64,000 nt of DNA from Candidatus Micrarchaeota archaeon (GTDB lineage Archaea; Micrarchaeota; Micrarchaeia; Micrarchaeales; CABMGC01). The notes beneath the pieces were generated by a model that saw only the letters and a program-made list of their open reading frames with translations, was not told where the DNA came from and did not search any database. Every line of letters begins with the position of its first letter. The first letter of the stretch is position 1. Where the stretch lies: the NCBI GenBank assembly GCA_021850625.1, contig JAJZLJ010000030.1, positions 22,356 to 86,355 of the forward strand, written 5' to 3'. Below are positions 37,818 through 47,059 of this stretch, one piece after another. A program made the position numbers and the translations under genes.

Positions 37818-38291
37818 ATGGAGCTAAATATGATTGTTGCAATGACAAAAGATAGAATCATAGGCCAAAATGGAAAGATTCCTTGGACAATAAAGGAGGA
37901 TATGCTTCTTTTCAAAGGACTTACATTAAACAGAACCGTAATTATGGGCAGAAAGACATGGGACTCTCTTCCCGAAAGATTTAGACCTTTACCTAACAGG
38001 AATAATATAATAATAAGCTCTACAATAAAATCACAACCTGGGGCAATTGTTGTTAAGAGTATAGAGGAGGCTATAGAAATTGCACAACGGTTTGATTGTG
38101 ATTATTACTGCATTGGTGGTGCGGAGCTTTATAGAACTATGCTACCCATAACCAAGATTTTACATATATCATTAATAAAAAATATCTATAAAGGAGATGT
38201 ATACTTTCCTGAAATAAATTATGATGAGTGGATCCTTGAAGAAACCGCAGAGTTTGAAGAATTCACATACAAAAGATACAGAAGAAAATAA
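37818..38291 (+). CDS. folA: dihydrofolate reductase
   Basis: IVA, IPW, EDMLLFK, MGRKTW, RPLPNR, IGGAELY. Confidence 0.96.
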   Translation: MELNMIVAMTKDRIIGQNGKIPWTIKEDMLLFKGLTLNRTVIMGRKTWDSLPERFRPLPNRNNIIISSTIKSQPGAIVVKSIEEAIEIAQRFDCDYYCIGGAELYRTMLPITKILHISLIKNIYKGDVYFPEINYDEWILEETAEFEEFTYKRYRRK

Positions 38292-38342
38292 AGTATATTA
38301 TTATATAGAAAATCTTAAGTTTAGTGAGTACTAGGTAATGAG

Positions 38343-39059
38343 ATGAAAGTAAAAAGCAAGAAAGAATCAGATCATAAAAAAATTTTAGATAAGAAGGTAT
38401 GGCTTTTTGATTTTGATGGAGTTATAGTTCCAGGACCTACAATAAAAGACCATGAGCAATTTATCTCTAATGCGATAGAGCTCATCTCTGATTTTAGAAA
38501 TATATCAATAGAAGAAGGAAGCAGACTCTATGCTTCGCTACAGCTTGAAGGAAAAACCAATTTAAATGATTTTTTCCTAAAGAACTTTCCAAATATTGAA
38601 AAAAAGGTTATGTTTTCTAGAGTGTTCGGAGAGTATAATAAGAAATATAAAAAAATGAAGCCGCATGACAGCATAACAAAAGGACTTGAAATACTTAGAA
38701 GAAATAAGATTGCTCTGGGAATTCTTACAAACAACACAGGAGATATAGTAAAAACAGTTATTGAAAGATTCAAGTATAGTAAGTACTTTAACAGTATAAT
38801 AGCTTATGAAGAGTTATATCCTTTCCTTAAGCCTGAAGAATTTTCATATAAAATAGCGACAAAAAGTTTTGGGGTCGCTCCTGAAGAAACGGTTTTCATA
38901 GACGATTCTGAGGAGAATGTTAGAGCTTCTAAAAAGCTAGGTATTTTATCCATACACATAACTGATAAAAAAGCAGATACAGATAATGAAGTTGCTGATT
39001 TTACTTTCGAAAACACTAGAAATTTATTAAAGGCTGTAGTAAGAGAGATAACCTGCTAA
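38343..39059 (+). CDS. HAD-IA hydrolase (possible nucleotidase)
   Basis: FDFDGVI, LTNN, KP, FIDDSEENV. Confidence 0.85.
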   Translation: MKVKSKKESDHKKILDKKVWLFDFDGVIVPGPTIKDHEQFISNAIELISDFRNISIEEGSRLYASLQLEGKTNLNDFFLKNFPNIEKKVMFSRVFGEYNKKYKKMKPHDSITKGLEILRRNKIALGILTNNTGDIVKTVIERFKYSKYFNSIIAYEELYPFLKPEEFSYKIATKSFGVAPEETVFIDDSEENVRASKKLGILSIHITDKKADTDNEVADFTFENTRNLLKAVVREITC

Positions 39060-39104
39060 AAGGTAAAAATAATTTAGGTTTTGTCTTTTTAAAAATTTAT
39101 ATTA

Positions 39105-40451
39105 TTAAACTTCCATATCTGGATAAAGCGGAAACTTTGCAGCTAATTGCTTTACTTCGTTCCTTATTTTTTTGAGCTCTTCTTTTGTTTTTATTCTATC
39201 TTTGAAGTCCTTAATATACGCTATACGTTCTTCCTTATCTTTAGGAAGACGCTCGTTGCTTACTGTTTTTATCACCTCTGAGATCATTCTTCCTATATAC
39301 TTCATCTCGTTTTCTTTCATACCCCTTGAGGTTACTGCAGGTGTACCCAATCTTATACCGCTTGGATAGAAGGCAGAGGATTGCTCATTAGGAATTGTAT
39401 TCTTGTTTAGAGTTATTCCTGCAGCGTCTAGTGCTTCTTGTGCAAAAACACCAAGACCCGGAGATATTTTGGTAAGATCTATTAAAAGCATGTGATTGTC
39501 AGTTCCATTTGTAACAAGTTTTTGCCCATTTTCCATTAGTGCGTTTCCCAATGCCTTTGCATTTAAAACTACCTGTTTTGCATACTCTTTGAATTGTGGC
39601 GTTGATGCTTGTTTTAAGGCTATTGCTATTGCCGCAGTTATATGATCATGAGGACCTCCTTGCATTCCAGGAAAAACCGATTTGTCTATCTTTGATGGAA
39701 GTTCAGGATCTTTTGATATGCCTTTCTTAGTTACCATTATCATTGCTCCTCTAGGACCTCTGAGGGTTTTATGTGTTGTTGTAGTAATTATATCTGCATA
39801 AGGCTCAGGGCTTTCATGCACTCCAGCAATAACCAACCCAGAAATATGAGAGATATCTGCAGCAAGATATGCTCCAGTAGAGTCTGCTATCTCTGAAAAC
39901 TCTTTGAAGGGAAGTTTTCTTACATATGCAGTTGAACCAATCCAAATAAGACGCGGCTTGTTTTTCTCTGCTAGCTCCTTCACCTCTGCTAAATTTATAT
40001 AACCGTCTTCAGTTACATGATACTGTACGCTTTTAAAAAGCTGGCCTGTTGCACTTGAATTCCAACCATGGGTAAGATGCCCTCCATCAGTAAGGCTCTG
40101 TCCCATTATGACATCACCTGCTTTACAGATTGAGAGGTATACCTCCATGTTTGCAGGAGAGCCAGAGTATGGCTGTACATTTACATGTTCTACATTAAAT
40201 AAAGATTTTGCGCGAGATATTGCAACCTTTTCTATTTTATCTACAAATTCATTTCCTCCATAATATCTTTTCCCTGGATAGCCCTCAGAGTATTTGTTTG
40301 TCAGTATGCTTCCTGCTGCTTGCATTACAGCTTCACTAGTAAAATTTTCTGAAGGAATTAACTCTATTGTGTTCTGTTGCCTAAGTAATTCGTTTTGCAT
40401 ATACTCGAAAATTTCCGGATCCTCCTCTCTTATTTTTGATAACCATTTCAT
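39105..40451 (-). CDS. glyA: serine hydroxymethyltransferase (bacterial-like)
   Basis: LIPSEN, YSEGYPGKRYYGG, GGHLTHG, TTTHKTLRGPRG, SGIRLGTPA. Confidence 0.97.
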   Translation of the reverse strand: MKWLSKIREEDPEIFEYMQNELLRQQNTIELIPSENFTSEAVMQAAGSILTNKYSEGYPGKRYYGGNEFVDKIEKVAISRAKSLFNVEHVNVQPYSGSPANMEVYLSICKAGDVIMGQSLTDGGHLTHGWNSSATGQLFKSVQYHVTEDGYINLAEVKELAEKNKPRLIWIGSTAYVRKLPFKEFSEIADSTGAYLAADISHISGLVIAGVHESPEPYADIITTTTHKTLRGPRGAMIMVTKKGISKDPELPSKIDKSVFPGMQGGPHDHITAAIAIALKQASTPQFKEYAKQVVLNAKALGNALMENGQKLVTNGTDNHMLLIDLTKISPGLGVFAQEALDAAGITLNKNTIPNEQSSAFYPSGIRLGTPAVTSRGMKENEMKYIGRMISEVIKTVSNERLPKDKEERIAYIKDFKDRIKTKEELKKIRNEVKQLAAKFPLYPDMEV

Positions 40452-41530
40452 TTTATCAACCTCTTTTGAAGTTTTATTATACGCCTCAGTGTAAATATAA
40501 GAGCAACCATCGATGCAATAGATGCTATTAAAAATAACAATATGTAGAAAAGTTCACTTGGTTGTTCTAGTATAAAAAATATTGCAAATGCAATACTGAT
40601 AAATGAAAATAGCGGAGGTATTGCAGGAAGTCCTACCTTATATTTTCTAAGTATTAACATTGTTGTAATTACACCTAGGCCAGAAAAAATTACAAGAAGA
40701 ACAGATAAAAAGATATTTGCAGTTGCTGCATATGAACCTGCTGCTACTGCTATTGGAAGCATTATGTCTCCATTACCAAGCATTATGCTAGACACCGTAG
40801 GTATTGCTCCGGTTTTAGTTATTTCGCGCACATGTTCTGCATAATGTTTATTTTTCTTTAAAAAAATATTGAACTCTTTCTTTTCCTTTTCTGTGAACTC
40901 CGTTTTAGGTATCGCTTCCATGTCTGAGGAGCTTATCATGAAGGCTAGATTCATATTTACTGCCTGTTTGGCAAGAGGTATCATGAACTTTAATACAAAT
41001 ACTGCCACATAATCATAAACTGCAAAAACAGCTATTAATAGATATAAAATAAGGAGATTGCCTATTCCAGCGCCTATAAGAATTCCCATACCTATACTGC
41101 TTAACATAGTAGTAATATTTCTGACACGGGGATTTTCTTTTTTATTTCTTTTTATGAAAAGAAGTGCTAATGCAAATATTAGGGCTGCTACAAAACCCTC
41201 GAAAAGCGAAAGATAAACGCCAAGAATTGATAATATTACAAGGTAAAAAAATGTTCCAGAACCTAAAATTATTATATAACCCTCTAGTAGGTTAAAGACT
41301 AATCCATTTTTGTATCTGCGTGTTATAAGCATAAAAATTATAACCGCTATGAATACATCAAGTATGAGAGAGAAGATTGTACTTATTAAACTCGATGGGG
41401 AATAAGCTATATTTTCTAGTTGATATGCATAGGGCAAACCAACTACAATTAAAAAAATCCCTAGAATTTGTGCTATAAGAAATAATGAAAATATAGCTAA
41501 TATTTGCCTGTTTTCTATTCTTCTTTCTAT
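40448..41530 (-). CDS. presenilin/signal-peptide-peptidase-like intramembrane aspartyl protease (probable ATA start)
   Basis: VYDYVAV, LGNGD, LPAIPP motifs; frame stays open 31 codons upstream of the track start and adds a TM helix, back to ATA 41530. Confidence 0.85.
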   Translation of the reverse strand: MERRIENRQILAIFSLFLIAQILGIFLIVVGLPYAYQLENIAYSPSSLISTIFSLILDVFIAVIIFMLITRRYKNGLVFNLLEGYIIILGSGTFFYLVILSILGVYLSLFEGFVAALIFALALLFIKRNKKENPRVRNITTMLSSIGMGILIGAGIGNLLILYLLIAVFAVYDYVAVFVLKFMIPLAKQAVNMNLAFMISSSDMEAIPKTEFTEKEKKEFNIFLKKNKHYAEHVREITKTGAIPTVSSIMLGNGDIMLPIAVAAGSYAATANIFLSVLLVIFSGLGVITTMLILRKYKVGLPAIPPLFSFISIAFAIFFILEQPSELFYILLFLIASIASMVALIFTLRRIIKLQKRLIK

Positions 41531-41546
41531 TTAAGCACCGATATAA

Positions 41547-43613
41547 TTACATTCCTTCTTCGTTTCTTCTTACTATCTTTATTATGCCTTGTTTTGGACT
41601 GAAAATGTCTCCGCTTCGTTCTAATTCAAGAATATACTTGCTTGTCGTATTTCTGTCTATACCTTGCTTTTCTGCTTCTTCTAATATTCTTGCTATCTTT
41701 GCAGTTTCCTCATCCTTTTCAAGTGTTTTAATAATGTTTAAAAGTGAGTTTATCTTATTAACTTTTTCCCTTGGCATTCCAGTTAGTAATGTATCTATGT
41801 CCTTTCTTCCACCTTTGTCAACAGCAAGGCTATTTAACATGTATTCAAATAAAGAGATGGCTAGTTCAGCATCGCTTTTTTCTATTATTAATGATAATCT
41901 AGATTTTGCGCTTGCCTCAGATAATCTTACAAGACCTTCTATCTGCCTAGGAGTCATTGGTACTGCGCCTTGTTTCATCCCTAATTTTCTTAATTCTACA
42001 TAATAATTAAGTATCTTTTCGCTTGCTTCTTTTTCCAATCTAGGGAATATGTTCCGTCTTGCATATGCAACATATTTTCTTAAAAGTTCAGTAGATATTG
42101 GTTGTTTTTCTACCTGTTCGTATTCTTTTATCTCTGCAAGCTGTGCTCCTGCAGCCGAGTGCTGTATCATTATGTGTGTTGCTATCTGTCGGTCTCTTTC
42201 CTCATCCATTACGTCCGTAATTGGAAAGATTAAATCAAATCTCGAGAGAAGTGCTGGAGGAATATCGAATTGTTCTGCAGGATATGTGTTTTTATCGAAT
42301 CTGCCGTACTTTGGGTTTGCAGCTGCAAGAACAGAGGTCTTAGCGCTAAATTTAGCAACAATGCCCGCTTTAGCCACGCTTATTGTTTGAGATTCTAATG
42401 CCTCTAGAAGAGCAGATTTGTCTTCGTTGCCTATTTTATCGAACTCGTCTATGCTCACCTCTCCTCCTGAACCTAAAACCAGCGCGCCGGCCTTTAAGGT
42501 CCATCCGCCTTCGGAGAACTCATCTCTTTCTGCTGCAGCGGTAAGCCCTGCACCGCTTGTAGATTTTCCGCTTACATAAATTCCTTTAGGAACTATCTCA
42601 GTAACTGCTTGTAAAAGTCTTGTTTTTGCGCTACCTGGATCTCCAATTAATAATATGTGAATGTCGCTCCTTATTAATGCGCCATCGACAAGTTTTTTAT
42701 CAGGAGTGCCGCCGAATAATTGTAAAACCAGTGCTTTTTTAATTTCCATATGTCCATAAATGGATGGTGCCAGAGACTTTGCGATTTTATCGAATACTAC
42801 AGGATCTTTTGACAAATCACGTATTATCACTTTGTCATCCTCTGATATCTCGAGCTCAGAAAACTCCTTTTGTTTTGGTTTTATTGAAACTGCATCAAAA
42901 AACATTGTGAATAGTATTTTGTCTTCTTTTCCTCTGGCATTCTTTCTGGGTTTAATTCTTAGAATACCAGTTATGTCTATTCTATCTCCAGGTATTACCT
43001 TATTAACAAGATCATCCTCCATCCATACCTCAAGCTGCCAAGTGGGTGTGCTTCCTTTTAGTCTCTCTAGAGGATCCTGAACTGCAAGCCTTTGAAGATT
43101 AGAGAATCTTGAACGTTCAGTATCCTGTTTAAGAGATCTTCGTTTACATTGAGGACAGATCTCAACAACAGTATCTCTATCCATTCTTGTTTCTATAACA
43201 CTGCCACAGAAAAGACATTTGAAATAACCTATGCTTACCTTTGGAGTAATCTCAGAGCGTTTTACTACTAATGAATCTATAGTAAGAAACTGTCCAATAT
43301 ACTCTGAGCCTACATCCTGTATCATTGGTGATTGAGTAGTTACGCCAAAAAATCGTACATATACTGGCTCCTTAGCCTCTAAATCTGGATTCATCTTCCT
43401 AAGGGCCGTGTTTGCAATTGATAGAAAATCGTCCGGTTTATGAATAATCTGGAGTGCAAGATCTGTATCGAAACGCTCTAAATCCCTCATGTCAGCATAA
43501 AGACTTCTGTTTTTGGGATACTCTATAAATAAATCCTTTATTTGCTCTGAGTAGTAAGTGTTAAGAAACTCGGTAAATTTATCTTCAAGCTCAGCACTTG
43601 CTATTTCATCCAC
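41547..43613 (-). CDS. mcm: replicative helicase MCM
   Basis: CLFC..CPQC zinc finger, GDPGSAKT, IDEFDK, AAANPKYGRF, SRFD; GTG start after GGGGTG. Confidence 0.97.
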   Translation of the reverse strand: MDEIASAELEDKFTEFLNTYYSEQIKDLFIEYPKNRSLYADMRDLERFDTDLALQIIHKPDDFLSIANTALRKMNPDLEAKEPVYVRFFGVTTQSPMIQDVGSEYIGQFLTIDSLVVKRSEITPKVSIGYFKCLFCGSVIETRMDRDTVVEICPQCKRRSLKQDTERSRFSNLQRLAVQDPLERLKGSTPTWQLEVWMEDDLVNKVIPGDRIDITGILRIKPRKNARGKEDKILFTMFFDAVSIKPKQKEFSELEISEDDKVIIRDLSKDPVVFDKIAKSLAPSIYGHMEIKKALVLQLFGGTPDKKLVDGALIRSDIHILLIGDPGSAKTRLLQAVTEIVPKGIYVSGKSTSGAGLTAAAERDEFSEGGWTLKAGALVLGSGGEVSIDEFDKIGNEDKSALLEALESQTISVAKAGIVAKFSAKTSVLAAANPKYGRFDKNTYPAEQFDIPPALLSRFDLIFPITDVMDEERDRQIATHIMIQHSAAGAQLAEIKEYEQVEKQPISTELLRKYVAYARRNIFPRLEKEASEKILNYYVELRKLGMKQGAVPMTPRQIEGLVRLSEASAKSRLSLIIEKSDAELAISLFEYMLNSLAVDKGGRKDIDTLLTGMPREKVNKINSLLNIIKTLEKDEETAKIARILEEAEKQGIDRNTTSKYILELERSGDIFSPKQGIIKIVRRNEEGM

Positions 43614-43699
43614 AATAAGCACCCCGTACAAAGTATTTATATTTGTAAAGGAATAAAAGGTTGTATTACAAAAGGTTTTATCTGCGGTTAGGTGTTTTT

Positions 43700-45154
43700 A
43701 TAAGATATTACATAACAACTCCAATATATTATGTTAATGACAAGCCACATATAGGACATGCATATACAACCACAATGGCTGATATATTTGCAAGATGGCA
43801 TAGATTGTGTGGTGATGAGGTTTTTTTCCTCACAGGAACAGATGAGCATGGAGAAAAGATAGAGAAAGCTGCGTTGAAAGAAGGGATTACGCCTAAGATA
43901 TTTGTAGATAAAGTAGTGTTAAAATTTACAGATATGTGGAAAGAACTTGATATTTCTTATGATAAGTTCATAAGAACCACAGACATAGTACATGAAGAAA
44001 CTGTTAAAAAATTCATCAAGATGCTTTATGAAAAAGGAGACATTTATAAAGGAAATTATGAAGGATGGTATTGCGTGCCAGACGAAACCTTCATTACTGA
44101 GCTGCAACTTGTAGAAGGAAAATGTCCAGTATGTGGCAGGGAGGTTAAAAAGGTATCAGAAGAGACCTATTTCTTTAGGCTTAGCAAATATCAAAAACAA
44201 CTTCTTGAGTTTTATGAAAAAAACCAGGAATTTTTAATGCCAAAAACTAGATCTGCAGAGATAATAAACAGAGTCAAGGATGGCTTGAATGATATAAGTA
44301 TAACTAGAACAACTGTAAAGTGGGGCATACCTTTTCCAATAGATGAAAAACATACAATATATGTATGGTTTGATGCATTGATAAATTATCTTAGTGCGCT
44401 TGACTGGCCAGATGGTGATTTGAAGATTTTTTGGCCTGCTAATGTGCATGTTGTTGGAAAGGAAATCAATTGGTTTCATACTGTAATATGGCCAGCATTG
44501 TTATTTTCTGCAGGAATTGAGCTTCCTAAAATGGTCTTTGCACATGGATGGTGGACAGTGGAAGGAAAAAAGATGAGTAAATCTCTTGGAAATGCTATAG
44601 ACCCATTAGATATTAAAAAAAGATACGGACTTGACCAGATGAGATATTTTTTTGTTCGCGAGGTTCCTTTTGGAGATGATGCTGACTTCTCTGAAAAGGC
44701 ATTGATAGCGAGAATAAATGGCGAGCTTGTCAATGACCTAGGAAATCTTGTCTTCAGAACATTAACGCTTGCAGAGAGATTTGATGGTATTATAAAGGGA
44801 ACTCCAGAGCTTGATAAGCATTTAGATGTTGAAAAAATAAAAACATTGATGAGAAACTTTGATACATTCAATGCTATGGATGAGATATGGTCACAGATTA
44901 GAGCTTCTAATAAATATATAAATGAAAAAGAGGTATGGAAATTAAAAGGAGAAGAGCTTTCAAATGCCCTTTATAATCTTCTTGAATCGATAAGGGTTAT
45001 AACAATACTCATAACTCCATTTATGCCAAAAACTGCTGAAAAAATAAGGATACAGTTGGGGGTTGACGCACAGAAAATAGATAAATGCAAATTTTCCGAG
45101 TATTCTGGAACTGTAAAAAAAGGAGGACATCTCTTTGAAAAAATAAATAGTTAA
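43700..45154 (+). CDS. metG: methionyl-tRNA synthetase, short form without C-terminal OB domain (probable ATA start)
   Basis: YYITTPIYYVN..HIGH, GTDEHG, YVWFDAL, KMSKS. Confidence 0.95.
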   Translation: MRYYITTPIYYVNDKPHIGHAYTTTMADIFARWHRLCGDEVFFLTGTDEHGEKIEKAALKEGITPKIFVDKVVLKFTDMWKELDISYDKFIRTTDIVHEETVKKFIKMLYEKGDIYKGNYEGWYCVPDETFITELQLVEGKCPVCGREVKKVSEETYFFRLSKYQKQLLEFYEKNQEFLMPKTRSAEIINRVKDGLNDISITRTTVKWGIPFPIDEKHTIYVWFDALINYLSALDWPDGDLKIFWPANVHVVGKEINWFHTVIWPALLFSAGIELPKMVFAHGWWTVEGKKMSKSLGNAIDPLDIKKRYGLDQMRYFFVREVPFGDDADFSEKALIARINGELVNDLGNLVFRTLTLAERFDGIIKGTPELDKHLDVEKIKTLMRNFDTFNAMDEIWSQIRASNKYINEKEVWKLKGEELSNALYNLLESIRVITILITPFMPKTAEKIRIQLGVDAQKIDKCKFSEYSGTVKKGGHLFEKINS

Positions 45155-45226
45155 AGTATTTTGTAAAAGAAGTATTATGGTCCTCCATTCATAAATCTTT
45201 TTATGGATAAATATGATTAAAATTAA

Positions 45227-45892
45227 TTAATGTAATTTTTCACTGCCTATAAATAAGAGTATAAGCGCAGCAATATTTATTATACTGGTAATTATATTTA
45301 TCACTGGTATCACCACCACAATAAAAGTTATTAGATATAGTATTGCGCCGATTTTTATAAAACTGTTATTAGTTATACTTCCGATAGTAAAAAGAGTAAG
45401 AATCATTCCTATTAAAAATGCTATATAAAATGCTATAAAATCAATTAAAATCAAAAGTACTAGAGATATAGAGATAGATGAGATAAGAGTTAAGGTCGTT
45501 GAATGTGTGGAGTAAACAGATGATCCGCTTGTATTAAACCCGCCTGCTTGAACCAAAAAATACGGGAAAAAAAGATATATTAATAACAAAATTAATCCTA
45601 CAAATAATATGATAAATGTTATTTTAAAAATCTTCCGTGGTAATGATTTATTATAAGAGCTTGATAGAATGCTTGCAAGTGAATATAGCTCATAAAAAAT
45701 AATAGTGAATAGTGCTATTGATATTAATACTATTACCATAATTTCAAGTCCAGATAAATGAGTAATAGTTCGAACTATTACCAAAATAAGAACAAAGAAA
45801 AGTATAGTGAAAATAAAAATCTGAAGTTTATGTTTCATTCCAGAAGTAGATGCAACATTAACGTCTGTTTTGGTTGATTTTTTTGTTCCCAT
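45227..45892 (-). CDS. hypothetical polytopic membrane protein
   Basis: 221-aa ORF, five to six hydrophobic segments. Confidence 0.65.
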   Translation of the reverse strand: MGTKKSTKTDVNVASTSGMKHKLQIFIFTILFFVLILVIVRTITHLSGLEIMVIVLISIALFTIIFYELYSLASILSSSYNKSLPRKIFKITFIILFVGLILLLIYLFFPYFLVQAGGFNTSGSSVYSTHSTTLTLISSISISLVLLILIDFIAFYIAFLIGMILTLFTIGSITNNSFIKIGAILYLITFIVVVIPVINIITSIINIAALILLFIGSEKLH

Positions 45893-45996
45893 TTTAACTC
45901 GATTTATTATTAGAACATAATGTGTATATATAACTTCTGATTACATTGAGTTAAAATGTTGTGAATAATATAGATATACTAAACAACGGTAAAAAA

Positions 45997-47055
45997 TTAC
46001 TTTTGCTTCTTTTTAACCGCTGCTTTTTGCATATCCTCTTTTTTTATTGCAAGACGCACTGATCCTGTGCCAAGAGGTATCTGTTTGCCAACGAGTATGT
46101 TTTCTGTTACGCCTCGCATATTATCTATTTCGCTAAACGCAGCAGCATTGACAAGATGCTTTACCGTTTCTTCGTAGGCTGCCTTAGCAAAGACCGAATT
46201 CTTCTGTCCGCTTAATCCGTGTCTGCCTATGCCTTTTATTGTTCCAGAGTAGGTCATTGCATCAGATATAACCATTAGATGCCTTGTATCCACACCTATT
46301 TTCTGTTCTTTGAGTGTTTTTCTAAGTTCGTTTACCAAAGTATTTCTCGCTGCCTCTATTCCGAAAAGACCATTCATTGCAAAAACATCATTTGTATAAA
46401 GTCGTGAACGATCAACGCCATCGACCTCTATTATATCCTTGATATTACTTCCAGCAGCAATTAGATAAAATTCGCCGGTTTTTGCATCCTGCTGTATTAT
46501 TGCCTTTCCAGCATCTGGTATTCCCTGAACTACTTCTCGCATTATCTTTACACTCATAGTTCGTATCTCTTCTACGTTTTTTGTCTTGAGCTTTACAAGT
46601 ATATTTTTATCCTTATCCACTACAGCAGAGATATTTAATTTTTTTGAGATTTTTTGAGCTACCTGTGATGGAGTAAGATTATTTGCAGACATTGCCTGTT
46701 CTTCTGAGATAAGTTTTATCATTCCTTTTGGAAAGTTCTCAAGAGTTCTTTTTATTACCGTGTTCATCTTTACCTCGCTTATCTTTTTCATTATTACTTC
46801 TGCTTTTTCAATGTTTTTCTTTGCATCTCCAGTAAGATAAACGTAGGTTATTGGTGTTGCTGGTTTTTTTCTTGCGTCTACAAGCTCAACTATTCTTGGA
46901 AGACCAGAAGTAGCTATAGTTGATTCTATTCCTGCAAAGTGGAACGCCCTTAGAATCATCTGAGTGCCTGGCTCTCCTAAAGACTGCGCAGCTATCATTC
47001 CAACCGGTTCTCCGTAATTTACTATGTATTTGTCGCTTTTGTCTTTTTTATCCAT
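45997..47055 (-). CDS. rpoA2: RNA polymerase subunit Rpo1C (A'')
   Basis: [34 protein letters not shown]...GTG. Confidence 0.97.
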   Translation of the reverse strand: MDKKDKSDKYIVNYGEPVGMIAAQSLGEPGTQMILRAFHFAGIESTIATSGLPRIVELVDARKKPATPITYVYLTGDAKKNIEKAEVIMKKISEVKMNTVIKRTLENFPKGMIKLISEEQAMSANNLTPSQVAQKISKKLNISAVVDKDKNILVKLKTKNVEEIRTMSVKIMREVVQGIPDAGKAIIQQDAKTGEFYLIAAGSNIKDIIEVDGVDRSRLYTNDVFAMNGLFGIEAARNTLVNELRKTLKEQKIGVDTRHLMVISDAMTYSGTIKGIGRHGLSGQKNSVFAKAAYEETVKHLVNAAAFSEIDNMRGVTENILVGKQIPLGTGSVRLAIKKEDMQKAAVKKKQK

Positions 47056-47059
47056 ATAA

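Noticed and set aside
365..37820. In-frame stop|start junctions (rps2 TAG|TTG pilin, acdB TAG|TTG acdA, REase TGA|ATG MTase, thyA TGA|ATG folA) suggesting stop-codon recoding
   Set aside because: Each upstream protein ends at a normal C-terminus, TAG/TGA end many other genes, and an S2-pilin fusion is implausible. Tight packing explains them.
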